Positions 25,865 through 38,204 of a stretch of DNA of 64,000 nucleotides are shown here, piece after piece; the stretch's first letter is position 1, and the number at the start of each line of letters is the position of its first letter. The position numbers and the translations under genes are program-made. The stretch is from positions 850,604-914,603 of the forward strand of contig JAAOMT010000226.1 in the NCBI GenBank assembly GCA_016748015.1, in the 5' to 3' direction. The notes below the pieces were generated by a model. That model was given only the letters and a program-made list of their open reading frames with translations. It did no database searches and had not been told where the DNA came from. This DNA is from Geosiphon pyriformis uo1. Its lineage: Eukaryota > Fungi > Glomeromycota.

Positions 25865-27760
25865 ATGTTAGGACTTTTCAAAAACCGTCGAAAGTCAGAG
25901 CCTATGAGTTTGCACTATTCTAAAGTGTTTCTTTTTATTTTTATTTATTTTGCTATTGGTGGTTATTTTTCAATTTTACTCTGGCAATCTGCAACTGAGC
26001 ATCCCACATTGACTCAGAAAAGAGACTATCCGCAATTGATTCAGGCGCCAAGTATGCGAATAATTTTTAGCAAGAACTCAATTAAAAGATTGGTTTAAAA
26101 ATTGTTCGATTTGAATCTACCCAATAATTTTAACACGTTTTCTTTGATTTATCGTTACGTTAGGTTCACAATTTCAATTCGATTACAATTTTCGTCTAGC
26201 TTGTAAAATTTACAACTTTAATTCTCGTAAGTTTTGACTTTAATCTCAAATCAACATTGATTTTTGCACTTTGACCAATTCTCTGTTTGCTTTTCTTCAG
26301 AGAGCACTCCAATATTAGAAGACCAGTGCTCACAATATCTAATACAGCCAAAATTGTATCGCGGCATAGGATGGGTAGGGTTCTTTTTTGCGAAAAGAAA
26401 TTTACAATTTGCCGGTGCGAGTCATGATGGGGTCTATAAGATTGAAATTAACGTCTTTTTGGATGATGGCAATTATAATAAGACTAATGATCGTTTGATG
26501 GTATGTAAAAACAGTAGTGATTTTTTTTAAAAATTCTCATGTGCTTATTTTTTACTCTTTCATGCAGGCAATCAGATTGTTTGATTCAGGAATGTAATTT
26601 ATTTAGGATAGAGAACATTGCTGTTTTAAAACTCTATTGACATTTCGATTTTAAATTTTAGATCCAGAATATGAAGATATTGAGCCAGAGGTTGATGGAC
26701 AACCATCGGAGGTCGATAATCTGAATCTTTATGTTCTTGGTCCTGCACAGGTAATTAAGTGAATTTCTTACCTTCCATTTTACAATCATTAATTTTTCCC
26801 ATTGTTCTTGATTTTCCTTTCAGGCTCACTATATAAACTATAGAAGATTCCTAAACGAAACTTTAGTCAGTAGTTGGCTCAACACTTTTGGCATTCCACC
26901 GATACAAATGAATAGAGAATATTTTGTGACATCAAATTTTAGTGAGTTTAATGAAAATTAATTGCTTATCAGAAGATAAAATTAAGCTTTTTTTTTTGAT
27001 ATTTTAGACAGCGTACCAATTATAGGCAATACTGTAGAAAATAAATATGCTTTTATATCTATAAAGCTACAGTCTACTGAAATAGATACATTTACCGAAA
27101 GAAGGTAAGGAGACTCGGCAGGTCAATTTTTCAATGCTTTTACTAATAAATTATTTTGTAAAATCTTTATTGGTATATTTGAAGGAATCAAACGGTACGC
27201 TTTGTCTTTTTTTTTTGGCATTTCAATTGCGATATAGTCAACCAATTTTCCCATTTCAATTTTTTAGATTTTAGTAATATTCAGCTCTCTCGGTGGCGCA
27301 TTTACATTTGGATTAGGGATATATACTCTTCTATTCGGTAAAATATTCGAGTTTTTATAATTCTACAAGAATCTGCCTTTTGACGAAAAATTCAAATCTT
27401 TTTGCTTTCACATCGTCATTTTTAGGCGCATTTCCATTCAAACCATGGGGTCTAGCCCAAAAATTGCCTAGAGTTCGAGGAAAAGTACAATCAAAATTGC
27501 GCAAGATGTACGGCTCTCATGGTCCTCTCCCCCGAATCCCAGTTAAATCAGACCTAACCAATATTCGCGACCCCACCAACCATGTTATATCAACTGACTT
27601 TGAAGGTAGCATCCAGGATTCTCTAAACTCCCTAGCACGACGTCAGTATAATATAGAAATGTTTTTGAGTGAGTATGTAGTTGACACAGACTTTGTGGAT
27701 GCTATGGACAGTGATAATGCTAAAGGATGGGATAATAAAGAAATAGTTGAGAATGTCTAG
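25865..27760 (+). CDS. Two-TM membrane protein, DEG/ENaC/PAC-like topology (paralog B)
   Basis: Same architecture and mostly shared intron positions as 8272-10173. TM1 VFLFIFIYFAIGGYFSILLW; TM2 region DTFTERRNQTILVIFSSLGGAFTFGLGIYTLLFG; KPWG; C-terminal FLSEYVVD. One intron needs a GA donor. Confidence 0.72.
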
Positions 27761-28668
27761 ACCGTTAAAAAACTCATCACTCTGATGAAAATTTATATGA
27801 TAATACATAAATTTTATTAAGCAGTTGGGATTGGGAAAATTAAAATTCTGTAGAAGAGTTCCAACATAATTTGAATCATGAATAATTACTTGACATTTCT
27901 AATCTAACTTATTGAGACCAAAAAAGCAAGACACTGTGTTATTTTTTTATTTAGCTAATACATGTATATGCAAATCGATCATCAGACTGTTCATTAAATT
28001 CAACTATTTGTTGTTCAATTGACACTTTTAATTAAAAGTCCTGGAAGTGATGGAAACTGATTATCAAAATCATTTTCTAAGGTCTTGAAAAATATTCCGA
28101 GTTTTTAATGTTTGAACAATTTTCCGTCCTCCACATGATGTAAAACAATAAGGTTTTTAAATTAATTTGAACAAGATTTATTGAATCTTTGGTCACGTTT
28201 AAAATGAATATCAAAACCTGTATATTCGTGCTTTTTGAAAACTTGTTCTGAAATCTTTTTTTTTTTTTTGCCATTCTTCGGATTATCCTCAATACTTTGG
28301 AATAATTAATGATATCATCACAAAAGCTACTTGTGACAGAAATGCCAGCATGTCATGAAGAATATTTTCAAAAAAAAAAAAAATCAATTAGCTCCCTTTT
28401 AAGTTACGAATTAAAAAATCAAAGGCAATTTATGAGGATGAAATATTGAGAAAATATTTAATTGTTAAATTTTTTTTAATTCAAAATTTTTTAAAATTTT
28501 CTTCTAAAATAAAAATTAAAAGGGACTTGAATAAATTATCAAAAATAAAATTCAAAAATATTCTTTGTCTTATATCATGACTTAATTAAAATATTTGTAT
28601 TATTCATTGTACTTTGTACGTCATTTATTCTTAAATTCCATCAAATAATCAAACTTGATTTATGTTTT

Positions 28669-28708
28669 TTTGTTTGTTTGTTTGTTTGTTTGTTTGTTTG
28701 TTTGTTTG
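28669..28708. repeat. (TTTG)n microsatellite
   Basis: Direct tandem repeat. Confidence 0.9.
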
Positions 28709-30003
28709 GGAAAATCAAATATTATAAGTTTAAGCAATTTGATTTCAGGTGATTTAAAGAATGATCAATATTTACATTCAGATTAGTATTTTGTTTATTT
28801 TCTGGCTCATTGAATTTACCGAATTTTTTTTAAAGATCTTTGGGAAAAATAACTTTTGAAGACAGTTTTGGTAACTTATTTCGATTGTGGAAAATAAAAT
28901 AGGACTTTTCTAATTACCAAAATTTTGACAAGTTTTATAATTCTCTTTTAATAAAGAGAAAAAAAGGAAATAAATGTTAATCAGGGTATGTTTTAATCTT
29001 ATCTAGCCTATTATTTTTAGTGGAAAAGTCCACAATATTTAAAAATAATAGATTTCAGTTTTTCCTTTCATCACAAGTCTGTTCGTCTTCAACTTGCTTT
29101 TTATGAGAATCCGGGTGGTCAAAGCTTCATAGATTGATGGACAAACAATTCTGGAATCACTTTCATCAAAATTTTGACCAAGATCTTCTTGAAACTGTGC
29201 AAATTCGAAATTTCTTTGGTATATTTGTTTGAATAAACCGAAATGCTCCGACTTCTAGAAAGATAATATTATAAAAGAATTTAAGTTTCGATTCTAATTT
29301 GGAGGAATAATCATCATTTGCTCAAGATATTCGATAACTGATAATTTGGGAAATTAAAAACGCAAAGAATAAACTGACATTAACCGAGACCAGATCTGTC
29401 ATTGTTAGCGAATCATGCTATAACAAGTAAGGGGCGATTTCGCCCGACATTATTCACTTGCTTGTGTCATCAAATGTGACGATAATCTTGTTGATTAATA
29501 AATAGAAAGTGACACAAGGAATAGAATTTGAAGGCGGGAATCTTAGTTCGAGCTTTCAAAATATTATTTGGAGTTTGTTTCAAAAAATTAGTGTTTTAAT
29601 TGAGACCGAGTAAAGAAAAAAAATTGGGAAATTTTCAAAGAGATAATCAAAGATCTCTATGAATTAAATTCATCAGTCTGGTTTTTGATAATGAACCCGT
29701 TCATCTTTTTTTTAATACATCATCTTTTAACCAGATACCTGTGATTCCCACGTTCAATGTAAAATCTTGAAAAACCAATTGCTAAACGATGGGCTTAAGA
29801 AATTTTTTTTGGTATGTCTAATTTGGTAGTTGGTTATTTAAACTTCATCATGATCTAAATAATTAGAAAATTGGATCGTGACGTGTGTTCAAAATTAAAG
29901 AGAGTTTCAAAAGTATATAAAATAAAAAGAAAGACAGAATTCTGATTTTTTTATAAAATCTCAAGCTTCGTACACTCTCAAAAAAAAATAAACCTTAAAA
30001 ATA

Positions 30004-31615
30004 ATGAAGTCTTTCCCTTTGCTTGGAACGATTCAAGAAAAAGAGAATTTTTTGACAATATTGAAAGAAAAACGTCTTTTATTTGATTCATCTAATGAAT
30101 CGACAAAATTTCTTGGACAGAAACAAAATAAATGGAGATGGATATTCTTTTGGAACATTATTGCTTTTGTTTCTTTCCTATTTTTATTTTTCCCTATTTT
30201 ATTAAAAAAAATTTCATTACGAAAATTATTAAATTCTGTATTATCTATCGATGATAATGAACTTTATTCAAGTTCGAAATTTGTTTCTTTTTCACAAAAA
30301 AATATTTCAATATTTGAAACAAAACGCGAAAATTCAGATCTTCACCGACAAACAGGTCTAGATTTTCTTTCGCTAATAGAAACAAGAAATAATAAAAAAG
30401 TTATCTTACAAAGGAAAACCCTTAAAGAAAATAGAAAAAGAAATCTTTATCAAAAACAAATAACGATACCAAATTCAAGTAGCTCTCACTTGAGAAAAAT
30501 ATTTCCAAGAAAAATGCAAACTTTTCAAAAAAAAATTTTAATTGATAAAGATGACCCATTATTAAAAGAACTGCAATATTTTGCTTCTTATGCTCAAAAA
30601 GCATATTGTCTTTATTCAGAAGATGATAAGTTAATGGACAAAATTTCTGGTGAGCCTTTGTTAGACATAAAAATTTTTGATTAAAAACTATTGAATAAGC
30701 TAAAATTTGAATGGATAATTCCTTAGCTAGAGCCGAAATAAATCAAAATCAAATTGTGATGTATTTTAAGGGAAATGATTTAAGTCATAATGAAAGGAAA
30801 AATTTCTTACCAAGGCTGACCCAGTATCGTACTCTCAGATATTCATTTTCCAGCATAAAAGTTGATTCCAAAATTCAGAAATCCTTTGAAAAGGCACAAG
30901 AAAAGTTATATTTAAATCTAAGTCGTTTAATCCTCGAATATCCTCGTCATACGTTTTGTCTCGTTGGCCATGGTATAGCAGGGAGTAAGTTTGTCCAAAA
31001 TTAATATTCTTCTCACAAAAGTATTTAAAATTTAAATCAATCCTTAATTTCCCCTGATTATTTCCATTTTTAAGGCTACGCAGTTCTTACAGGACTTTTT
31101 CTTAAGCATGAATTCGGAAGAACTGACATAAATATTTATACATATGGACAACCAAGAATGGGAAATCAGGAAATGGCTCATCACATAAATCTTGGGTTTA
31201 CATACAGACATCACGGAATTTATCGTGTGACAAATGGATACGAGTATGCCCCCCAATATCCCGAAATATTTGATGGTTACTTTCATCCCGGTACCGAGTA
31301 TTGGATATCCCCAAACAATTGTGATTGTGAAACAAAATCTAAAATTTATCAATGTACTGGAGGTTTCAATGAATCAGGATATTTTGATGAGAATCAAGTT
31401 CGTAAAAAAAAAATTAAAATTGAATTCTGAAATATTGAGACGGATTTTGAATTCACCAATCGAACTTTTTTTGTTTTCAAAATTAGGGATGCAACAATGG
31501 CTATAATCAAGAATTCACTTCAACATCATCATATCTTTCTCATTATGGCCCGTATTTCGGATATTGGATGTTTTGTTCCAATGAAGAACCAGTCCCTCTT
31601 GTGTTTGTAGATTAA
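30004..31615 (+). CDS. Type II membrane-anchored class-3 lipase-fold protein (nucleophile GHG variant)
   Basis: N-terminal TM (WIFFWNIIAFVSFLFLFFPILL); YFASYAQKAYC, IVMYFKG, LVGHGIAG|SYAVL, IYTYGQPRMGN, YRVTNGYEYAPQYP, YFHPGTEYWI, SHYGPYFG. Four exons, frame intact. Confidence 0.82.
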
Positions 31616-31647
<32 letters not shown>

Positions 31648-32958
31648 ATTACATTATTTCCGAAAAGTTTATATTATCCCTCCTTATTTCAAATTTAAAC
31701 TTGTGTATATATCATAACATTTAACATAAAATGATTAAATTAAACTATATCAAATTTTGAAATTGTTCTTCAGGCCAGCTATCTTTTATAATGTACATAG
31801 AAATTTAAAAAATTTCCCATTTAAATAAAAATTGTTTCTATGAATCTCTTGCTAGATTTATATAATTGTAATTTCTGTTCTAGCTAAAGAAGTCATTATA
31901 TATAATCAGAAAGATCTTGAGTTTTTTCAAAGCTGGCTAATAGTCGATCAAAGGCAATTGACCATTTTTTTTTGACATATTTCAGTTAAGAATTAGAAAA
32001 CAAACCAAACCTTTTGATTAGTTTTAAATAACGCAGTACTTCATTTTCGCCTCCAAGTTTTAATATTGTAAATCAACTTGAAAAATATTATTTGGGACAT
32101 TAAGGAAAATATTTTTTTGTCCCAGAAATTCTTGAAAATCAAAGTTTACCTTGAAAATCGAATTTGGTGATTAATTTTTCAGATACCACTGAAAAGTAAA
32201 AGGGCAAATAATCAACAGTGGGATTGAAAAGTTGCCTGCACCAACCTTTTGGAATTATTTTTATATTGAATATTTATTTTTGAATTTCAAACGTTTCAAT
32301 ATTTGTCACGCTTTGAAGAGTGGAACATAACTTTTTTCAGTCCCTTATGATCTCAGTAAGTCCTGAAATTAAAAGTGAATAATAACAATGGTACAGAATT
32401 TTTCTTGGAATTTTAGAAGGTAAAAGATAAGTTTATCAAACCGTATTTTTAGGAATGTAATTTCGAGAATGTATATTGGCCATTTAAAGTTCTTTGAATC
32501 TTTTATCACATATCATAATATCCTCCAATTTATTATCAAGATATCAATAAACAAACATTAAAATAAAAATTCTTTACTCAACAAACCATTCATATTAATT
32601 TTTGGAAGTAACTCATGAATTGCTTCTATGAAAATTCTAGAGCTAAATTTAATTGGTTTTTTCAAACTCCTGAAATTTAATTTTTTTTCTTTTACAATCA
32701 AACTTTCATAATTATGCCTTGCAGAAATTCTTAATTTTTCTATAAAATTGCTGAAACTATGAAATAGCACTTTAATATTTCAAAATCTTGAATTAATCAG
32801 AGAATCAGTAAAGGTATTCAGGGTAAAATGATTAAGTTGGATCGGAGATTCATGATGTATAATTCCAATCTGTTAATATGATTGATCAATAAACTATAAA
32901 TAACTTGATAAAATTATAGAAACTTTTTCTTCTTCCTAAACTTAAGATTGGCTACAAG

Positions 32959-33944
32959 ATGGGAACGAGTCAATTTTTACCATCAAACAAAACAGAACAG
33001 GCTTTTGAATATATTGATGATGTGGATAAGCCTTCTTTTTATAGAAAATAGTTTATCAAGTACAAGAATTTAATTTTTTGATGTTGATTCTTTTTAGGAC
33101 GAAATTTCTGCTCTCACATCATCCTTGAACAATTTATCTATCAACCGAAATGTTATAAATTCCCTCGCTGCGTCACTACAAAAATCCATCAAAGAGAAAG
33201 AAACTGTCCAACAAACTGATGAAAGGACTGTTTCCTTGCGGAAACAAATTGTAGAAGCGCTTTGTCTATGTGAATCAATTAGCAGTCGAATTAAATCTAA
33301 TATCAATTCCTTGACTTCTAAACTTGAGGAGGTAATTTTCTCTGAATCTCTGAATGAAACTTATAATAAACTGAATAAGAGATTTCAGTCGATTTCTCAC
33401 TTTACTTAGCTTAAAAAAAGATACATAGAGAATCAAGAGGAAAAGTAAGTTACCACATCTCTCAGAAAAGAGAAAAAATAATTATGTGTATGAGTTTCAC
33501 GAGATGGTTCTAATTTTCACATTTTTATTGATAGGAACCGATGCATAGAAGCCGGTTTTCCCGAAGAAGCCCACAAATTGGACGAGGTTATATTTAAAAC
33601 ATCAGCTGAAATGACCAAAACCAGAGCATGGATCTTTGAGCTCTCCGATCTGCTTTTACCTTTGGTAAACAAGAATTCTTTTGCTCTGTAATTTAGTCCC
33701 ACTCTTTTAAGCTAAACTTTTCAAATTTTTATAGATTGATGATCTGATAAATAGCATGTAAGCTATATGTTATTATTTTTTAAAATATAAAATTTCAATA
33801 ATCCCCATTTTTTCATCCACAACTCCCTATATTTGTTCTTATTTTATAAAAAAAAAAGCTTTCTATGACATCCATCATTTCTTCATTTCTTCCAGAGATA
33901 TTACGGCTAAAGAAGTTACTGAACAGCCAGAAACGACAAATTGA
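32959..33944 (+). CDS. Uncharacterised small coiled-coil protein
   Basis: About six short exons with GT-AG boundaries join into a helical, heptad-like ORF (DEISALTSSLNNL..LTSKLEE|LKKRYIENQEE..). No family recognised. Confidence 0.5.
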
Positions 33945-34792
33945 CAGTCAAGTTTGCTGAATCAGTGACCTGAATCGAGGATTTCCTGGGGCCATTCTTG
34001 TGCAAAAGTTTGTTTGAAATGTTAGCAGCATACATATGTTACGAATAATTCATTATGGAACTGAATCTGCCTGCAAATAAATTCAAAGATCAACACCTTT
34101 TATAAAAATCTCATCTCACAGAAAATCTCTTAAATACTTTCTCGCTTCTTTTACTATAACGATCGGCAAAGGAAGAATTTGTTTTTATACGCGTATAAAA
34201 TAGAGTTCTCTGCCCACAAATAACAATATATCTTTTTTACTGTAAAAGTCAATTTTTGATTCCGTTCGTGTAATAGAGTATTCGATTTTTTAATCACTTT
34301 GAGAGCATTTTGTAAATTGAGTGGGCATTTCGTTTTCTTTGAATTATTAAATGAACTGGGAGAATAAGGGAGATGATTTATTCTTTTTAGCATTGAGAAT
34401 TGAGGGAAAATTTTATTTTTTGAATTATTAAAAAGAAAGTCGAAAAACAACCAACTTTTGAAGAGGGGTGATCTTAAGCTGCCAATCTATTCGAGATTTT
34501 ACTAGACTTTACGCTTTTGGACGTCCACAATTTATGAAATTTATTTTTGTGAATTAAATAGATTTCGAAATGAGAATTTGGGAAGAGAAAAAAAATAGAG
34601 CTTTGAAGATAACAGCATATGATTAATAAATACAAAGTTGACTTTTTTAAAAGATTTTAATCATTTGTTTTAGTAAACATTAAACATTTATAAACCATTT
34701 AATTTTAAGTAAAGATTAAAATATTTGAATAAAAAAGATACAAAAAAAAATTTTTATTTGTTTGTTTTAAAATTTTTGCTTTTATTTATATA

Positions 34793-35013
34793 TGTCATGA
34801 GTTGGAACAGGATTTGAGTTGATTCGGAATCAACTTAAGTTGATTTGGGATTCTAATTTAACTTGAGTTAATTCGGAATCCTTAATTCAACACTGTGTTG
34901 ATTCCGAATCAACTCAACCAATCACATTATTTGGTTAATTGGCCAGTAAAAAGTTTCCCTATCATTAGCCAATCAAAAAAATCAAAGTTTTGATATTTGA
35001 CGCGTTTTTTTAT
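34793..35013 (+). repeat. Left TIR
   Basis: tgtcatgagttggaacaggatttgagttgattcggaatc... is the reverse complement of 37334-37532, with one extra ~22-bp subrepeat. Confidence 0.92.
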
Positions 35014-37312
35014 GGCTTCCCAACACCATTTATCATCGATAAATTATGAATGGCTTACTCAAGAAATATTTTCTGACCTTCTTGAAAGCTATTTATTAGC
35101 TAGAAGTGAAAAAAGACAAGCCAAAACTTTGCTTTCTCAAGATTACATAAACCAATGCATTGAGATATTAAAAAATACCCCTGAAGGAGAAAACTTCAAT
35201 TTAGAATTAAAGTATTGGGTATGCACTACCTTTTATATTACACAAGTTGGAAGACAAGATATACTTTATCTTAAAAAAAACAAAAAAACCAGTCTGTTCG
35301 AAAGAAAAATTATATGAAAAACTATGTTAATTTCATTTAGAAATAGGACATGGAGGAATGAGCAAAACTTATGATACGGTATATAATATTAATTTAATTT
35401 TTTATATAAATAGATACTAATAATTTTTTATTTATAAATTAAAGATAAATACACTTGAATGCTTGAGGATTTAGTAAAACAGTTTTGTTCTCACTGTACT
35501 AGATGCATTACGCGACAATCCTTAGCTCAACCAATAGCTGCAAATCCAATTTTTGCAAAAGGCTTTATGTGTTGTTTACAAGTAGACTTGGTTAATATGC
35601 ACAATCGACCAGATGATTCTTACAAATATATCTGTCATGCTCGGGATCATTTTACGAAATTTTTTTGGACTATGGCCTTTTTTTCTAAAGAAGCAAAAGA
35701 AGTAGCAAGCTTCTTTTTTCAACTTTTTACCACATTTGGACTTCCAACTATCCTTCAAACCAATAATGGAAAAGAGTTCATGGCTAATATAATCAGAAAA
35801 TTAACAGAAATGTGGCCAACTATTCATATTATAAATGGATGCCCAAGATATCCTTAATCCTAAGGATTAATTAAATGAGCAAATGATGTACTTCAACAAA
35901 AACTTTCAAAATGGATGGAGGATAAAGGAACTAATAATTGGTCACATGGTTTATATTGAATGACATGTAAAAAACATTATTTTTATATTGGTTGAATTAT
36001 TTAAACAATGACTAATTTATTTTTATGTTTAGATGCAATGAACATGGAAGTCTCTGTGGTTACTGGCTTTCCAACTTATCAAATAGTGTTTGGAAAAAAA
36101 CCTCACATGAATTATTTTCTTCTCGAGTCCCTTTTCAAACAATCAAGTATGCAAGAAGAAGATCTTCCTAACAACTTGGATGCAAAGCCAGCTGATGAAG
36201 AGCCAATCCAACAGGAAATCAAAAGTAATAGTGACCAGCAGCAAGACAGATTGCAGCAACAAGATGACCAGCAATGGCAGCAAAATGACCAGCAACAAGA
36301 TGACCAACAGCAGCAACAAGATAACGGGCGACAAGATAAACAGCAGTGGCAATAAGATAATATGTGACAAGATGACCAGCAGCGGCAACAAGATAATATG
36401 TAATAAGATAATCAGCAGCAGCAACAAGATAATAGGCAACAGAATAACCAGCAGCGGCAACAAGATAACCAGTGACAAGATAACTGGGAGCAGTGGCAAG
36501 ATAACAGGTGACAAGATGACCAGCAGCAGCAGCAAGATATCCAGTGGTCGCAGCAAAATAACTGGGAGCAGTGGCAATAACTACTAAACCAGCAGCAATG
36601 ACGTAACATAGTAAATAATATTGAAAAAAAATTAAGAGGAATCGAGCCACGAGTGGAAAAACCAAGCAATCTCTTAAAAAAATACTAGTACTCACTCTAA
36701 TAACTCTCATGTTTCTTCCATTATAATTTAAAGAGATGAGGTAATGTTTTTTTATTATTTGCACTTTTTAATATTATTCTGTATTAATTTCATATTTTTT
36801 AATAAGATAATGATAATCAGAACAATGTGCTACATAATATTATTAACTTACCCACTGGTCATCATAAAATATGCTAAATTGTTTGCGACCGATATGTTAA
36901 TAATGCCAAAGTAATGCTGCGTAAAAATGCAGATTTTGTGTGAATTGGAATTCCAAAGATCGATTGTTTAGGTACTAATAGAAAGCTTCTTATCTGCAAA
37001 ATGATTGGAACTGTTAATAAAAGATTATATAAACTGGGATACAAGTCAGGAATATTAAAAAATTCTTACTACACAACAGAGTTAATGCCTACTAAGGCTA
37101 CTCATTTTCCAGAATTACGAGAAATATCAAACACTTTTATTTCTTTACGTGAAGCAGTCTTATGCCAAAGTCGGGGGGAAATGACAGGTTATCAATGCAA
37201 TTGTAAAGGGAGCTGTAGAACTAATCATTGTAATTGCAGAAAAGCCGGGGTTTTATGTAGTGCACGATGTCATGGTGGCAGTAGCAATGCTTGTGAGAAT
37301 CGAAATAAATAA
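35012..37312 (+). pseudogene. Intron-containing integrase-like transposase with C-terminal CXC domain
   Basis: HLEIGHGG..C..C zinc motif; LQVDLVNM, RDHFTKF, LQTNNGKEF, GLIK*AN; CNCKGSCRTNHCNCRKAGVLCSARCH. Multiple stops and a frameshift. Confidence 0.85.
36232..36600 (+). repeat. Minisatellite (~15-21 bp units, caagat[ga]accagcagc[ag]gcaa) encoding a Q/D-rich linker
   Basis: Tandem degenerate units; accounts for the overlapping spurious ORFs here. Confidence 0.85.
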
Positions 37313-37333
37313 TTAGAATTATTAGAGATGATA

Positions 37334-37532
37334 ATAAAAAAACGCGTCAAATATCAAAACTTTGATTTTTTTGATTGGCTAATCATAGGGAAACTTTTTA
37401 CTGGCCAATTAACCAAATAATGTAATTGGTTGAGTTGATTCGGAATCAACACAGTGTTGAATTAAGGATTCCGAATTAACTCAAGGTAAATTAGATTCCG
37501 AATCAACTCAAATCCTGTTCCAACTCATAACA
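37334..37532 (-). repeat. Right TIR
   Basis: ...gattccgaatcaactcaaatcctgttccaactcataaca. Confidence 0.92.
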
Positions 37533-38204
37533 TATATAGATAATTACTTTTTATTCAACTTGAAAAATTTATATTTAATTAATTAATTAATTAAATTTTA
37601 AGGTCAGAATATTTTGAACAAGATTTATATATATATATATATATATATATTAATTTTGAATATATAAACATATAAAAATATTAGTAAAGTTTTTTTTTGA
37701 TTTTTCGTAAGTTTCTTGCAAAAAAAATAAAAAATTTCTTTATTACCAAAATCCATTATTTTTGATACATAGGCATTTTGTTACCCCTTTTTTTTTAATT
37801 AATTAATAAAACACTGTTGTCTATTTTTTTTTTTTCATATAAATTTATCATTAGTATTTGTAACACCATAATTCCAAGCATAATAAAAATTTTCCGGAAT
37901 TGTGTTCATTTTTAGAAGCCAACTAGATGATTACGCATATAAATGATTTTAAAAAAAATTCTTGTAGAAGCCCAATTTAATTTCAATAAATTTAATTTGA
38001 TCAATAACGTTTTTGAGTTTCTCCAAGTACATTTCAAATCTCTATTTGTACGGAAATAAACCAGATTAATTTACTATGATAAATATCATTTGAATTTAAT
38101 GGGGAATAAAAGTCATTTTTTTACAACCCTTTTTTTTAATCAATTAGAGTACTTTGGCATCCAAAGATTATTGAATTTTTCTCTCTATCTCAAATACCTT
38201 CATT

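Larger units (their letters stand above)
34793..37532 (+). mobile_element. Ginger2/TDD-type DNA transposon (integrase-like DDE transposase), complete ends, decayed
   Basis: TGT...ACA termini, ~200-220 bp TIRs, TATA on both flanks (4-bp TSD), KRBA2/SCAND3-like integrase remnants inside. Confidence 0.9.

Noticed and set aside
36232-36600. Repeat array as a possible CRISPR
   Set aside because: Tandem degenerate units without unique spacers; eukaryotic context, no cas genes
36143-36764. Overlapping Leu/Ile-, Ala- and Cys-rich ORFs on both strands
   Set aside because: Alternative frames of the CAG/CAA-rich minisatellite inside the transposase
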